The translations under genes were made by a program, and so were the position numbers. The notes under the pieces were generated by a model, which ran no database searches, was not told the DNA's origin, and saw only the letters and a list, made by a program, of their open reading frames with translations. From Dehalococcoidales bacterium (GTDB lineage: Bacteria; Chloroflexota; Dehalococcoidia; Dehalococcoidales; RBG-16-60-22), in assembly GCA_034432135.1 (NCBI GenBank), contig DAOUCO010000069.1:1-56023 (forward strand): a stretch of 56,023 nucleotides of DNA, read 5' to 3'. Position 1 is the first letter of the stretch. The number at the start of each line of letters is the position of its first letter. Below, one piece after another: positions 55,900 through 56,023 of the stretch.

Positions 55900-56023
55900 T
55901 TAAAACAACCCCATTCTTTTAAGACTGGTAAAGCTCTTCCCGCCGATTATTAAATGGTCAAGGACTTCTATACCGACGATTTCGCCCGCCTCCGCCAGCC
56001 TTTTCGTTAAAGCGATATCATCC
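55900..56023 (-). CDS. radC: RadC-family JAB domain protein, C-terminal end only (5' part beyond window)
   Basis: Own minus-strand translation gives ...[40 protein letters not shown]. The stop complement lies at 55900-55902. Confidence 0.75.
   Translation of the reverse strand, partial: DDIALTKRLAEAGEIVGIEVLDHLIIGGKSFTSLKRMGLF

Overview
This 56 kb window looks like a bacterial chromosomal segment with about 47-55% GC by eye. The gene content is reminiscent of Dehalococcoidia-type Chloroflexota, but I cannot verify that without a search. Most of it is housekeeping: ligA, pth, eno, gap, dnaX-ybaB-recR, recO, serS, lysS, rpe, purC, ddh and a DAHP synthase. No rRNA genes or CRISPR arrays were seen. 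The strongest candidate for an undescribed system lies at about 18.2-23.8 kb. Two paralogous ~390-aa tubulin/FtsZ-superfamily GTPases bracket two non-membrane, strictly periodic alpha-helical repeat proteins. Both GTPases carry the tubulin signature GGTGSG, a tubulin-like GQCGG T1 loop and the same FtsZ-like C-terminal peptide KDIPSLL. One repeat protein is 161 aa of 11-residue repeats. The other is 699 aa and contains 14 indel-free 25-residue repeats. Other notable points:
- A GIY-YIG gene flanked by inverted repeat units is inserted into the conserved dnaX-ybaB-recR operon, and solo copies of the unit occur elsewhere.
- A 40-nt copy of the 5' half of tRNA-Ser(UGA), GTTAGCAAA arm-like repeats and decayed integrase fragments delimit a 16 kb segment.
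- That segment holds an oxaloacetate/bicarbonate node: archaeal-type PEP carboxylase, split pyruvate carboxylase, an extra biotin carboxylase, BioY, a mini beta-carbonic-anhydrase-like protein, an HMGL-family synthase and an aminotransferase.
- There is a TPP riboswitch upstream of thi4.
- There is an orphan promoter-to-terminator structured RNA candidate.
- A KamA-family radical SAM gene overlaps an ATP-grasp ligase gene.
- A Cas4-like nuclease has its N-terminal Cys motif upstream of any canonical start codon.
All functional calls rest on motif recognition by eye. No database searches were run.
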